DNA of 64,000 bases from Vicinamibacterales bacterium (GCA_965197375.1 CBDAMZ010000005.1:12037-76036); one strand, 5' to 3'. Counted from the first letter of the stretch, positions 21,281-32,260 are shown. Translations and numbers: made by a program. Notes: generated from the letters alone by a model not told the origin.

Positions 21281-22648
21281 CAGCACTACGTGCAGACTGC
21301 GGTTCAGTTCTCGGTCTTCGCCTATTGGGGTTGGTACTGGCGTCCAGTCTACGACCATGTCTTCCTACTCGTGGCGCAACTCGTATTCGCCTACGCCTTC
21401 GATATGCCGCTGTCGTGGTCGAGGCGCGATCGGCACGTCGTCGGCTTCGGGCCATTTCCGATTATCTTCAGCGCTAACCTATTCCTCTGGTTCCGCGACG
21501 ACTATTTCTACCTACAGTTCTTAATGATCGCTGTCGGGTTCCTTGGCAAGGAATTTATTCGGTGGCAGCGAGAAGACCGGCTTACCCACACCTTTAATCC
21601 GTCTGCTTTTTCGCTTGGTTTGTTCTCCGCAATGCTTATAGTCACCGGCACTACCGACCTTACTTGGGCAGAGGAAATCGCGACGACCCTCAGTCTGGCG
21701 CCACACATCTACCTCTTTTTGTTCCTTACCGGCCTGGTTGTCATGTATTGCTTCTCGATTACTTTGGTCGCCAGCTCAGCCGCGATCGTCCTGTTTGCGA
21801 TGAGTGCGCTCTACGCGCTGGTAACCGAGGTCCCCTATTTTCTAGATTCCGAAATCCCGACGGCCGTCTTTCTTGGCCTGCACCTGCTGGTAACCGATCC
21901 GTCAACATCTCCGCGTACGCTGCTCGGGAAAGCGACCTTTGGCGCATTCTATGGCCTAAGCGTCTTCGCGTTGTACGCGCTTCTCGGCATGCTGGGCATA
22001 CCGACCCTTTATGACAAGTTGCTCTCGGTGCCGCTATTGAATCTGAGCGTGCAGCAGATCGACCGGGAGTCCATGCCATCGAGAGATGGTCGACGTTTAG
22101 GCTTCCTGGCAAGCGGCTAGCCTTTCCGAAACCCAATATGGTGCACATGGCGGTCTGGGTTGTGTTTTTCAGCATAATGACCATGATCGGCAAGACCGAC
22201 GGACAACACCGCGGCGACACTGTCCCGTTCTGGGAGCAGGCGTGTGCTGAGGGTCGTAGTAACGCATGCGAGCGGCTGCTTAAGATCGAGGCGTCATACT
22301 GCAGCGACGTGTCAGCGTGGGCCTGCAACGAGCTGGGCCGCTACTACACCGAAGGAATGATCACCCTTCCAGATGCTGGACTCGCCCGCGAGTACTTCTC
22401 ACGATCATGTGAGCTAAGGTTTCCAGCCGCGTGCCTAAACCTCCTTGAGCCTGGAAGCACACGACGCTCAAACCCAAAGCTACTCGATCTCAGATTGCTT
22501 CTCCGCGAAGGGGGACACAACCTAATAGATATGCCGAAAGCCGAACTGTACGCTCGGGCATGCGACCATAAGTGGGTGTTCGCCTGCATCCAAGGGGCAC
22601 GATAGTCCGTTGCAAGGTCCCACAGAACAACTGACACGGTCAGCCTGG

Positions 22649-23550
22649 ATGAATCGAACCTTACTTCTAACCGCACTTAGTCTAACCATCACGGCCGCGG
22701 CATTCTGCCAGCGTAAGCCATCGGAGGCGCCAGCTAACTCTGCAACGCTAATGTCGACAGCGCTTGTCGGGTTCCGCGCGGACGCCTGGTACCTCCCGGA
22801 CGATGAGCTGCTCGGGTTCGTCAAGATACCAGCCGGGCCGTTCGTGATGGGCAGTGACCCGGCGATCGACCGTTGGGCGTTCGAAAACGAGCGCTGGTCA
22901 CACGGGCACGCGCAGGGCACGGTGGATCTACCCACCTTTTACATAGGGCGGCACGAAGTTACCGTGGCGCAGTTCAGAGCGTTTGTCGAAGCAACCGGCT
23001 TTCACGTGTCTGACGAGACGCTTACTAGCGTACCGGATCATCCGGTGGGATCCCTCTCATGGCCAGATGCCCTTGCCTATTGCTGGTGGCTCGAGACGAC
23101 CCTCCAGGAGTGGTCAGAAATCCCCCAGTTGCTACAGCAGCGCCTCCGCGACGGTTGGCGCATCAGCCTTCCGAGCGAAGCGGAATGGGAGAAAGCAGCT
23201 CGGGGGACGGACAGACGAATCTACCCCTGGGGTAACAACCCGAGCCAGGACCGAGCGAACTACGGTGGCACAAGCCCCACGCCGGTCGGCAGCTTCGACT
23301 GCCCGGAGTGCCCGTTCGGTCTGCACGACATCAGCGGTAACGTCTGGGAATTGACGCGGAGCCCCTATCAACCCTACCCCTACGACGAGAGAGATGACGA
23401 CAAAGACCTCGACTCGGATGCCCTCTGGGTAATGCGGGCGGATCGCTCGCCGACCCGGCGAGCAACGTGCGCACCTCCATCCGTGGCGGGATCGATCCAG
23501 GCGTCCGGCGTCCCTTCATCGGATTTCGTATAGTGATCTCGAGCCTTTAA
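22649..23550 (+). pseudogene. Secreted FGE-sulfatase (SUMF1/EgtB/PvdO) domain protein, frameshifted near the C-terminus
   Basis: IPAGPFVMGS, FYIGRHEVTVAQF, LPSEAEWEKAARG, YPWGN, FGLHDISGNVWE; adding one G at 23436-23438 restores VMRGGS..SIRGG..FIGFRIV with stop 23548-23550. Confidence 0.8.
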
Positions 23551-23589
23551 GCTGAGGGGTCGCAGGTTCGAACCCTGCCGGGCGTACCA
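23542..23589 (+). tRNA. 3' half of a tRNA gene (probably tRNA-Arg); non-functional att-like fragment
   Basis: agc-ctttaa-gctga (damaged anticodon arm), ggggtc, T-arm GCAGG-TTCGAAC-CCTGC, acceptor strand CGGGCGT-A-CCA; no 5' half upstream. Confidence 0.75.
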
Positions 23590-23810
23590 CTTATTAGAGG
23601 TTTACGGGATCGGGCTATTCGGCGGGTGGGGAATTGTGCCAAATTTTGTGCCCCCCTGCATCAAATTTACTGCCTGATGTGTCCAGTTCGGCGACTGCAC
23701 CGTTTAGCCATGACCGCCGTGGTAGCCGCCGACCAGCCCCGGACATACGAGCCGCACGGAAACGAACAACTTACGTTGCGCGCCCACTGCCGTGCTTCTT
23801 CGTGATTGTC

Positions 23811-24488
23811 CTACCTGCGCCTTTGGAGCATTGTTTCCGCACGAGTCGCCAGGGAGTTTAGTACCTGTTCTACCTCGGCCCGTTTGGCTTCTAATTGCAC
23901 CTCATCCGACTGCTCCGGTACCTCAATCCCCGAACCAATAGCAACGGCCACGCGGCTAAACGGCTTCGGTATCTGAGTCTGGTCCCAGCTGTGCGCCGAC
24001 CAGTGTCGGTCCGCCTCGATGTGAAACGGTAAAATCGGACTCCTAGTCAAGCTCGCCAGCCACAGCGCCCCCGGCTGCACCGCCCGCGCGGGGCCGCGCG
24101 GGCCATCAACCGTGAACGCCGCGGCTCGGCCAGCCTCCATGTCACGACGAAGCTGAGCGAGTGCGCGGCGACCACCCCAAGAAGTTGAACCGCGGGCCGT
24201 GCCATATCCGAATCGCTTGATGATGCGTGCAATCCACTCACCGTCAAAGTTCGCGCTGGTCATCACGACGATCCCACGGCGGCGCCAGAAATAGGTCGCC
24301 GGTAAGATGCGACCATGCCAAAAGACAAAAATGGGTTGCCGGCCAGCCTGACGGATCTGCTTGTAGTGCTCAAAGCCTGTGACGGACCACCGCAGTGTCC
24401 GACTTAGGATCGCGATCACGGGGTAGCCGACAGCAGCGATCCCGGATACGCTAGCGAGTTGACGGCGTGAGAGGTAGGCCGAGGTCAC
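23811..24488 (-). CDS. Lysophospholipid acyltransferase family protein (DUF374)
   Basis: FWHGRI, S.NFDGEWIA, G...ARGST, FTVDGPRGP, SWD..QIPKPFS. Confidence 0.85.
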   Translation of the reverse strand: MTSAYLSRRQLASVSGIAAVGYPVIAILSRTLRWSVTGFEHYKQIRQAGRQPIFVFWHGRILPATYFWRRRGIVVMTSANFDGEWIARIIKRFGYGTARGSTSWGGRRALAQLRRDMEAGRAAAFTVDGPRGPARAVQPGALWLASLTRSPILPFHIEADRHWSAHSWDQTQIPKPFSRVAVAIGSGIEVPEQSDEVQLEAKRAEVEQVLNSLATRAETMLQRRR

Positions 24489-26146
24489 ATCCCTTCGTAC
24501 TGCGGGCCACCGCCGCCCTCAGGCGGCACCCAATCGATGATTTGGTAGGGATCCATAATGTCGCACGTCTTGCAGTGCACACAGTTTGAGGCATTAATTT
24601 GTAAGCGCTTCCCTGAACCGTCATCGGCATCAACGATCTCATAGACGTTGGCCGGACAAAAGCGGGTGCACGGGTTCCCGTATTCCTGGAGGCATCTGGT
24701 CCGGCAGATGTTTAGATCATGGACGAGGAGATGCGTTGGTTGATTTTCGTCGTGGCGCGTGCCCGAATAATGGACGTTGGTGAGCTTATCGAACGTGAGC
24801 ACGCGGTCGATCGTGACGGGCGCACCCGGTTCGTCCGTCTCACTCCCGCGATAGTACCGATTTAACATCTGCATTCGGTCGTGCCCAGCGAGTGCCGGCA
24901 TCGGATCACGCACCCACCAGCCGCCGGTGACCAGGGAGAGTCCCGAGTACAGAAGACCCCAGACCAGCCCTCGCCCAAAGCTCTGATGTACGTTACGGAC
25001 CGGGTAGAGCTCCTTGCGGATTTCCCCCGAGTTGACAAGTGTCCAGTAACGCTTCAGGCGAGCCGTAGATAGATCGCCAGTGCGCACCGCATCGAACGCG
25101 GCCTCAGCCGCGCACATCCCACTGCGCATGCCGAGGTGAATACCCTTAAGTCTGAGGGAATTTAGAAAACCAGCAGCGTCCCCGATAATTAACGCCCCAT
25201 CCACATGACACCTCGGGATGGCATGCCACCCGCCTTCTGGCAACGCCTTGGCGCCATATCGGATCATCTGCCCACCGCTGAGCAAAGCCGACACGAACGG
25301 ATGCTGTTTAAAACGCTGAAACGCGACGTGCGGGTCGAACCTCGGGTCTCGGTAGTCGAGACCAGCTACGAATCCAATCGATAGGCGCCCTTCAGGCAGC
25401 GCGTAAATGAAGCCGCCGCCAAACTCCTCAAACCGCAGCGGGTACCCCATCGTGTGCACGATAGTTCCCAGCGCACACCGGCCAGGCGAGATCTCCCAAA
25501 GCTCCTTGATACCGATAGCGTAGGCCTGCGGTATACGTCCCTCATCGAGCGAAAACCGTCGAATCAACGCTTTCGTGAGATTACCGCGCACGCCGTCAGC
25601 AAGGATCGTCACCCGTGCATGGATGTCAACGCCAGGCTCGAACGTCGGTTTGCGGTGACCGTCCCGGTCGATGCCGCGATCGCCTGTCCGAACACCGACT
25701 ACGCGGTTTTGGTCATACAGCAGCTCGACACCGGAGAACCCAGTAAACACGTCGATGCCTGCGGCCTCGGCCTGCTCAGCCAACCATTTGACGAAACGGT
25801 TGAGCGACACGACGTAATTCCCATGGTTGCGAAGCGGGGGCGGCGTAATTGGAAATCGGATCTTGCCTCCTCTGGTGAGAAAATATACGCGGTCATCGCG
25901 GACCGGTGACTCGAGCGGTGCGCCACGCGCCCGCCAGTCCGGTACCAACTCGGTTAGGGCCGAAGGATCCAGGACGGCGCCTGACAAGATGTGCGCGCCA
26001 TGGTCGCGTGCCTTTTCAAGCACCGCAATGGCAAGCGGCTCACCGCCACGCTCCCGTTGAAGGGTGGCCAGGCGGATCGCCGCGGCTAGGCCGGCAGGGC
26101 CGCCGCCCACGATGAGAATGTCGACGTCAAGTGTCTCGCGCGCCAG
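24485..26146 (-). CDS. Electron transfer flavoprotein-quinone oxidoreductase
   Basis: RETLDVDILIVGGGPAGLAAA, HILSGAVLDP, YGAKALPEGG, CPANVYE, NCVHCKTCDI; frame extends to a CTG at 26146. Confidence 0.93.
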   Translation of the reverse strand: MARETLDVDILIVGGGPAGLAAAIRLATLQRERGGEPLAIAVLEKARDHGAHILSGAVLDPSALTELVPDWRARGAPLESPVRDDRVYFLTRGGKIRFPITPPPLRNHGNYVVSLNRFVKWLAEQAEAAGIDVFTGFSGVELLYDQNRVVGVRTGDRGIDRDGHRKPTFEPGVDIHARVTILADGVRGNLTKALIRRFSLDEGRIPQAYAIGIKELWEISPGRCALGTIVHTMGYPLRFEEFGGGFIYALPEGRLSIGFVAGLDYRDPRFDPHVAFQRFKQHPFVSALLSGGQMIRYGAKALPEGGWHAIPRCHVDGALIIGDAAGFLNSLRLKGIHLGMRSGMCAAEAAFDAVRTGDLSTARLKRYWTLVNSGEIRKELYPVRNVHQSFGRGLVWGLLYSGLSLVTGGWWVRDPMPALAGHDRMQMLNRYYRGSETDEPGAPVTIDRVLTFDKLTNVHYSGTRHDENQPTHLLVHDLNICRTRCLQEYGNPCTRFCPANVYEIVDADDGSGKRLQINASNCVHCKTCDIMDPYQIIDWVPPEGGGGPQYEGM

Positions 26147-26147
26147 A

Positions 26148-27107
26148 TCACTCCCCCAGTGCAGCCACGAGCGCCGGTACCACCTCGAACAGATCGCCTA
26201 GAATTCCATAATCTGCCACTTCGAAGATCGGCGCATCAGCGTCCTTGTTGATGGCGACGATGGTCCGTGACCCTTTCATGCCAACCAAATGCTGGATTGC
26301 CCCGGAAATACCGAGTGCCAGATACAGCTTCGGGGCCACTGTTTGACCCGAGCTCCCGATCTGTCGATCCATCGGCAGCCACCCTGAGTCGCAGATGGGC
26401 CGAGACGCAGCAAGCTCCGCGTCCAGTGCCTTGGCCAGCTCCTGCGCCAGCGGAAGATGCTCCTGGCCCTTGATCCCGCGACCTACAGCCACAATCCGCT
26501 GAGCTTGGGTAAGGTCAACCGCTTGCTTCGCCTCCCTAAATGCCGGCTCTGGACGCTGTCGGATGGCCGCCCGGTCGATCGTCACCTCGACCTGACGTCT
26601 GGCTGCAGGACTCGTGCCGTGCACAGCGGCGTCCTCTCGGTACGCGCCAATCTGGAAACTGGCAAAATGCGGCCCCGGGCCTTCGAGCATTACATCAGCT
26701 ACGAACTTGCCCTGAAACATCGGTCGAACAAGGATTCTGTCGTCCACTCGCTGTTTTAAGCCGATGCAATCGGGAATCAACGCGCGGCCGAGTCTAGTTG
26801 CTAACTTTGGCGCATAGTCTCGAGTCTGATAGGTATGTGGTAACAGCACGAACTCTGGCCGTTCCCGCTCGATCACTTGAGCGAAGGCTTGCACGAAACC
26901 ATCGGGCGTGTACGGCTCGAGGGCGCCATGCTTCACTATGAGCACCTCGGCCACGGCAGCCGTCGATAGTTCCTCGGCTACGGCACTGATCCTACCGCCG
27001 GCAACCGCCACCTTCACAGCAGCACCCATCCGCTGGGCTACAGCAATTATCTCCCAGCTCACACGATTGAGTGTGCCGCTCCGATGTTCGGCAATAACGA
27101 GAATCAT
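26148..27107 (-). CDS. etfA: Electron transfer flavoprotein alpha subunit
   Basis: [55 protein letters not shown]. Confidence 0.95.
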   Translation of the reverse strand: MILVIAEHRSGTLNRVSWEIIAVAQRMGAAVKVAVAGGRISAVAEELSTAAVAEVLIVKHGALEPYTPDGFVQAFAQVIERERPEFVLLPHTYQTRDYAPKLATRLGRALIPDCIGLKQRVDDRILVRPMFQGKFVADVMLEGPGPHFASFQIGAYREDAAVHGTSPAARRQVEVTIDRAAIRQRPEPAFREAKQAVDLTQAQRIVAVGRGIKGQEHLPLAQELAKALDAELAASRPICDSGWLPMDRQIGSSGQTVAPKLYLALGISGAIQHLVGMKGSRTIVAINKDADAPIFEVADYGILGDLFEVVPALVAALGE

Positions 27108-27147
27108 GCGAGCGCTCCGACGCTGAGTACCACTAATAACAGGGACC

Positions 27148-27909
27148 TTAAATCGCCCGTGCGTCTTCCCTGAGGTGGCGCACGAGCTGCCTGGCTGCCT
27201 CCGCCGGCGATCCCTTGATAAATCGAGTCTGTTTACCCTTCTCCGGGACGTAGAGCTCTAAAATTCGGTAACTCGTAGTTACACCTGCCTCCGGCGTGAC
27301 CTTGCGAATCTCTTTTTTCTTCGCAGCCATAATGCCTTTTAAGGTCGCGTAGCGGAGCTGATTGATCCCACTCTGGATGGTCAGCAGTGCAGGCACTGGC
27401 ACGGTGATCCACTGGGACCACCCGCTCTCGAGCTCCCGTTTCACGCGTAGCTCATCATGCCTAGCCTCCACCTCCATAATGATCGTGGCGTGGGAAAAAC
27501 CAAGCAGTTCAGCCAAAACTACACCGGTCTGGCCAAAACCCTGATCATCCGACTGGAGTCCCGTCAGGACGAGATCGAACGCCTCTGGGCGAATCGCGGC
27601 TGCTAGCGCTTCTGCAATGACGCGCGCATCGGCAATCGCCAACGCATCACTTTCGACATGAATCGCGCGGTCGGCGCCTCGAGCCAGTGCCTCCCGGATA
27701 ACCTGAGCGAGCCTCGCCGGACCTGCCGAGCAAACGACGACCTCTCCGCCGTGCTTCTCTTTCAACCGTAGCGCCTCCTCGAGCGCGTAAGCGTCAGGCT
27801 CGTTCAATTCGAAGCTGGCGTCGCGATCTCGAACCCACGTTTTGGCATCATCAACGCGAAGAGGCCATTCCCTCGTGACGACTTGCTTAATGCAAACAGC
27901 TATCTTCAT
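27148..27909 (-). CDS. etfB: Electron transfer flavoprotein beta subunit
   Basis: MKIAVCIKQV, NEPDAYALEEAL, ALARGADRA, GLQSDD, RYATLKGIMAAKKK. Confidence 0.95.
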   Translation of the reverse strand: MKIAVCIKQVVTREWPLRVDDAKTWVRDRDASFELNEPDAYALEEALRLKEKHGGEVVVCSAGPARLAQVIREALARGADRAIHVESDALAIADARVIAEALAAAIRPEAFDLVLTGLQSDDQGFGQTGVVLAELLGFSHATIIMEVEARHDELRVKRELESGWSQWITVPVPALLTIQSGINQLRYATLKGIMAAKKKEIRKVTPEAGVTTSYRILELYVPEKGKQTRFIKGSPAEAARQLVRHLREDARAI

Positions 27910-27960
27910 CGTCTCTGGCCGCAATGAGGTAGAAGATCTCTGAGCCTCGGGGTCCGTGGG

Positions 27961-29214
27961 CTAGCCTTCGTATTTCTTGAAGAGCAAGCTGGCGTTTGTG
28001 CCCCCGAACCCGAACGAATTCGACAATGCATAGGATATTGAGGCACGGCGTTTCTCGTTGGGCACGTAGTCCAGATCGCACTCTGGATCGGGGTTGTCGA
28101 GGTTGATTGTCGGCGGGATCACTTGGTCGCGTATGGCCAGTACAGTAAACCCGGCCTCAAGCCCTCCCGCGGCACCCAATAGATGGCCGGTCATCGATTT
28201 TGTAGACGAAATTTTCAGCGCGGACGCGTGGTCCCCAAAATATTGCTTGATTGCCAGCGTCTCGAACTTATCGTTGTACACTGTCGAGGTGCCGTGGGCA
28301 TTTATGTAATCGACTTCGGATGGGTCGATCGCCGCCTGACGGATAGCTGCTTTCATTACCCGAACGGCACCGTCACCGTTTTCCGCCGGCGCTGTCATGT
28401 GAAACGCGTCGGCCGACATACCATAGCCGACGAGCTCAGCGTAGATCGGCGCACTCCGGCGCTTGGCCCTCTCGAGCTCTTCCAGAACGACTACACCAGC
28501 ACCTTCCCCAATGATGAACCCATCCCGATCCAGATCGAATGGACGGCTAGCGCGCTCTGGCTCGTCGTTACGGGTCGAGAGTGCACGCATTGCCGCGAAC
28601 CCACCAACTCCCATCGGCGTGATAGCAGCCTCCGAACCCCCCGCAATCATCACATCGGCGACCCCCCGTCGAATGATTTCGAGGGCGTCCCCGATTGCAT
28701 GAGCCGAGGCCGAGCAGGCCGTGCAAGTTGCCAAGTTAGGCCCCTTGGCGCCGAAACGGATCGAGACTTGTCCGGCCGCCAGGTTAATGATTGCCGATGG
28801 AATAAAGAAGGGCGAGATCTTGCGCGGCCCCCCCTCTAACAAGTTCCGGTGCTCGCGCTCGATCGTACTAAACCCGCCGATCCCTGATGAGATATAGACG
28901 CCGACCTTCGGGCCGAGCGCTTGATCTGTCCTCAAGCCAGCATCGCGCACCGCGAATTCTGACGCCGCGATTGCGTACTGAATAAAGACGTCCATCTTCT
29001 TGACGTCTTTCCGGGCAATGAACTGTAGGGGGGCAAAGCCCTTAACTTCACCGGCGATTCTGGTTGTAAACTCGGACGCGTCGAATTTGGTGATCGCCCC
29101 GATGCCGCTCCGACCGGCGCAGATGGCCCCCCAAGTCGGCTGCGTGCCGATTCCTAGAGGCGACACAAGGCCCACACCAGTCACAACGACGCGCTTCGGT
29201 GAAGCTTCGCTCAT
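27961..29214 (-). CDS. fabF: 3-oxoacyl-ACP synthase II
   Basis: [44 protein letters not shown]. Confidence 0.96.
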   Translation of the reverse strand: MSEASPKRVVVTGVGLVSPLGIGTQPTWGAICAGRSGIGAITKFDASEFTTRIAGEVKGFAPLQFIARKDVKKMDVFIQYAIAASEFAVRDAGLRTDQALGPKVGVYISSGIGGFSTIEREHRNLLEGGPRKISPFFIPSAIINLAAGQVSIRFGAKGPNLATCTACSASAHAIGDALEIIRRGVADVMIAGGSEAAITPMGVGGFAAMRALSTRNDEPERASRPFDLDRDGFIIGEGAGVVVLEELERAKRRSAPIYAELVGYGMSADAFHMTAPAENGDGAVRVMKAAIRQAAIDPSEVDYINAHGTSTVYNDKFETLAIKQYFGDHASALKISSTKSMTGHLLGAAGGLEAGFTVLAIRDQVIPPTINLDNPDPECDLDYVPNEKRRASISYALSNSFGFGGTNASLLFKKYEG

Positions 29215-29232
29215 AGACCTCAAGCCGCACGT

Positions 29233-29475
29233 CTATTTTTTGTTCTTGGCGTGTGACTCGATATGCTCGATCGCTTCCTTCACACGTGTAATCTTTTCCG
29301 CATCTTCGTCTGGAATTTCGAGGCCAAACTCCTCCTCGAATGCCATGACTAACTCGACCGTGTCGAGAGAGTCGGCGCCCAAGTCGTCGATGAACGAAGC
29401 ATCCGGTGTCACTTCTTCCTCATCAACACCCAGCTGCTCGACGATGATGCTCTTGACTTTGTCAGCAACGGCCAT
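29233..29475 (-). CDS. acpP: Acyl carrier protein
   Basis: [27 protein letters not shown] before ATG 29475. Confidence 0.97.
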   Translation of the reverse strand: MAVADKVKSIIVEQLGVDEEEVTPDASFIDDLGADSLDTVELVMAFEEEFGLEIPDEDAEKITRVKEAIEHIESHAKNKK

Positions 29476-29486
29476 CCACAAACCTC

Positions 29487-30230
29487 CTACATGTACATCC
29501 CACCATTGACACCAACCACCTGCCCGGTAATATACGATGCTTCTTCCGATGCAAGAAAGCAAACAACCCCCGCGACGTCCTCCGGTGCGCCAAACCGGCC
29601 CACCGGTATCTGTCCGCGCAAGGCCGCCAGGGTCCCTTCGTCGAGTGCAGCGGTCATGTCGGTCTCGATCACGCCTGGCGCTACGGCATTAACCGTGATT
29701 TGACGCGATGCGACTTCACGAGCCAGCGCCTTAGTGAACCCAACAAGACCGGCCTTAGACGCAGCATAGTTCGTCTGTCCCGGACTCCCAGACTGCCCAA
29801 CCACCGAGCTGATGTTAATGATCCGGCCCGACTGCTGCTTGAGCATCGGCCGTAACACCGCGCGGCAACAAGCGAAAGCTCCGGTCAAATTGGTCGCCAG
29901 AACAGCATCCCAGCTTTCTGCCTTCATCCGTAGCACTAGCTGGTCACGAGTGATCCCAGCGTTGTTAACTAGTATATCAATCCGCCCAAAGCGTTTAATT
30001 GCTACCTGGACCCCTAGTTCGATGCTGTCGGCGTCAGTGACCTCCAGACTAATACATTCGGCAACACCCCCAGTGTTAACCACTTCGCGCACGACGGGTT
30101 CTGCATGCTGGGCGCGTGCGCCGGCCAGCACAGAAGCGCCTGCCGCCGCGAGCCGGATCGTGATCGCTCGCCCGATGCCGCGTGAGGCACCAGTTACTAG
30201 CGCTACCCGTCCCGTCAGATCGTTCATCAC
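29487..30230 (-). CDS. fabG: 3-oxoacyl-ACP reductase
   Basis: [30 protein letters not shown]. Confidence 0.96.
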   Translation of the reverse strand: MMNDLTGRVALVTGASRGIGRAITIRLAAAGASVLAGARAQHAEPVVREVVNTGGVAECISLEVTDADSIELGVQVAIKRFGRIDILVNNAGITRDQLVLRMKAESWDAVLATNLTGAFACCRAVLRPMLKQQSGRIINISSVVGQSGSPGQTNYAASKAGLVGFTKALAREVASRQITVNAVAPGVIETDMTAALDEGTLAALRGQIPVGRFGAPEDVAGVVCFLASEEASYITGQVVGVNGGMYM

Positions 30231-30315
30231 GCCGACCTCAACGTTAACTGGCCCCGGCCGTCCCTATGCTCAGCGCTCCTCGTGCCGACCATTTTGAATC
30301 AAACAATAACAGAGG

Positions 30316-31248
30316 CTAGGCAGCTGCAAGTAAAACTTCCGTCGCGATCAGGTCGTCCGGATCCTCCACGCTCGCAACCCGCGCCGACCGATCGATCTTC
30401 CTGATCAATCCGCTCAAAACGGTCCCCGGTCCCATCTCGACGTACGTACGAACACCCGCCTGGGTAAGATATCGCACAACAGCCTCCCACCGGACCGGCG
30501 AACTAATTTGGCGGACGAGGGCGTCGATGGTCGCCGGACCGTCGCGCTTTGGCTGCGCATCAACATTTGCCACGACGGGAACCACCGGGTCTGAGACCAC
30601 CAGCGCACGGAGCTCTGGCTCTAGGCGGGTTTCCACTGACTTCATCAAGCTACAGTGGAAGGGGGCACTCACCGGAAGCGACACCACTCGACGGGCTCCG
30701 AGCTCCTTGGCGCGTATCCCAGCTCGCCGCACCGCCTCTCGCGTGCCTGCAATAACGACCTGCCCAGGAGCGTTAAGGTTGGCCACACTGACGACCTCAT
30801 CCTGGGCTGACTCTTCACAAGCTTGCTGAACGGCGTCCGCAGCTAGTCCCAGCACCGCGGCCATAGTGCCTTCCCCGAATGGGATGGCCTCCTGCATGTA
30901 GCGACCGCGTTGACGTACAATTCGCAGGGCGTCGGCAAACGACAACGTGCCGGCCGCGACATGTGCGGAGTACTCGCCGAGACTATGGCCAGCTACATAC
31001 GCCGGCATATGCCCGCGAGACGCCAGCACCCGGTAGACCGCCACGCTGACGGCGAGCACAGCCGGCTGGGTATTCTCAGTCAACGTTAGGCGATCCGCTG
31101 GCCCCTCAAAACACAGCTGGCTCAGCGGCTCTCCCAGCGCCGCGTCCGCCTGCTCGAACGTTTCTCGGCACACTGGGAATTTCTCGGCGAGCGCCTTCCC
31201 CATGCCGACGCGCTGAGAACCCTGCCCGGGAAACACGAAGGCGATCAT
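30316..31248 (-). CDS. fabD: Malonyl-CoA:ACP transacylase
   Basis: FPGQGSQ, GHSLGEYSA, VSAPFHC. Confidence 0.96.
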   Translation of the reverse strand: MIAFVFPGQGSQRVGMGKALAEKFPVCRETFEQADAALGEPLSQLCFEGPADRLTLTENTQPAVLAVSVAVYRVLASRGHMPAYVAGHSLGEYSAHVAAGTLSFADALRIVRQRGRYMQEAIPFGEGTMAAVLGLAADAVQQACEESAQDEVVSVANLNAPGQVVIAGTREAVRRAGIRAKELGARRVVSLPVSAPFHCSLMKSVETRLEPELRALVVSDPVVPVVANVDAQPKRDGPATIDALVRQISSPVRWEAVVRYLTQAGVRTYVEMGPGTVLSGLIRKIDRSARVASVEDPDDLIATEVLLAAA

Positions 31249-32260
31249 GTGTTCTCCTTCGTTGCCGGCTTGAGAGTAACGCTCGAGATCCCACGCGAAA
31301 CCTTCGTCACGAAATCCTGGCTCGCAAAGTGATACGCTAGGGTTACGGCGTTCCTTACGGCCTTTACGGACGAGCGTCCGTGACCCACAATAGCGAGCCC
31401 CGCAACCCCCAACAGCGGCGCACCGCCGTACTCAGAAGAATCCACCAGCCGTTTGAACCGCTGGAAGGCGCGCCGCGACAACAGGTAGCCTAACCGTGTC
31501 ATAAACGTACGTTGCAATTCTTCGCGAAGAAGTTTCTCGACAACCTCGACAAGTCCTTCACTGGTCTTCAGCGTAACGTTGCCGGTGAAGCCGTCGCAAA
31601 CGATGACCTCAGCCTGACCCGTGTAGATATCACGCCCCTCGACGTTGCCAACGAAGTCGAGACCACTGCTGCGCAACATCCGATGAGTATCGCGTGTCAA
31701 ATCGTTACCCTTGGTGGCCTCCCCTCCGATCGACAGCAGGCCGACTCGTGGACTCGACAAGCCTAGGATCAACCGTGCGTAAACTGTTCCCATCGATGCA
31801 AACTGGACTAGGTGGCGCGCTCGACACTCGACAGTCGCACCAACGTCGAGAAGGACGGCGCCGCCACCGAGCGTCGGAATCGTCGTGGCCAGCGCTGGGC
31901 GATCCACGCCGGGCAGCATGCCAAACGCTCCATGCGCTGCCAGCAGGAGGGCACCAGTATTGCCCGCACTGAAGAAAGCCGCGGCCTCTCCACGAGCCAC
32001 GGTCTCGGCCGCAATGCGCACCGACGCACGCGGCTTTCGTCGGAGGCCCACAGTCGGTACTTCATCCATCGCAATCACGTCCGGCGTATGGATGACTCGA
32101 AGATCGACCGATGCCGTGTCGTGACGCCGAAGCTCAACGTCCAACACCCCGGGCGGCCCAACCAACGTCAAGCCAAACCCCAGGCGGCAGCAACCGCGCC
32201 CGACACGACATTGTGTGGCGAGTAGTCGCCCCCGGCCGCGTCGACGGCGATACGGATCAC
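31245..32260 (-). pseudogene. plsX: Phosphate acyltransferase PlsX with a frameshift near codon 26
   Basis: GTG 32260 gives MIRIAVDAAGGDYSPHNVVSGAVAAA then WGLA*; the body (SAGNTGA, DRPALA, LDVGA, GNVEGRD, CDGFTGNV.LK, YGGAPLLG, HGRS) is in another frame; span 1016 nt. Confidence 0.85.

Larger units (their letters stand above)
19689..22605 (+). pseudogene. RnfD/NqrB-like (UnbU-like) polytopic membrane protein with C-terminal Sel1-like Cys repeats; IS-interrupted and frameshifted
   Basis: ORF 19689-19979 (..ILIRPQ) rejoins in frame with HYVQTAVQF (21284) once the IS and one CAG are removed; RnfD-like H.FNPS and FLGLHLLVTDPSTSP; -1 frameshift near 22065 joins ORF 22138-22605 (ACERL, ACNELG, A..YF.RSCEL..P.AC.NL). 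Confidence 0.75.

Noticed and set aside
23542..23589. Functional tRNA gene
   Set aside because: There is no 5' acceptor strand or D-arm, and the anticodon loop is one base short.
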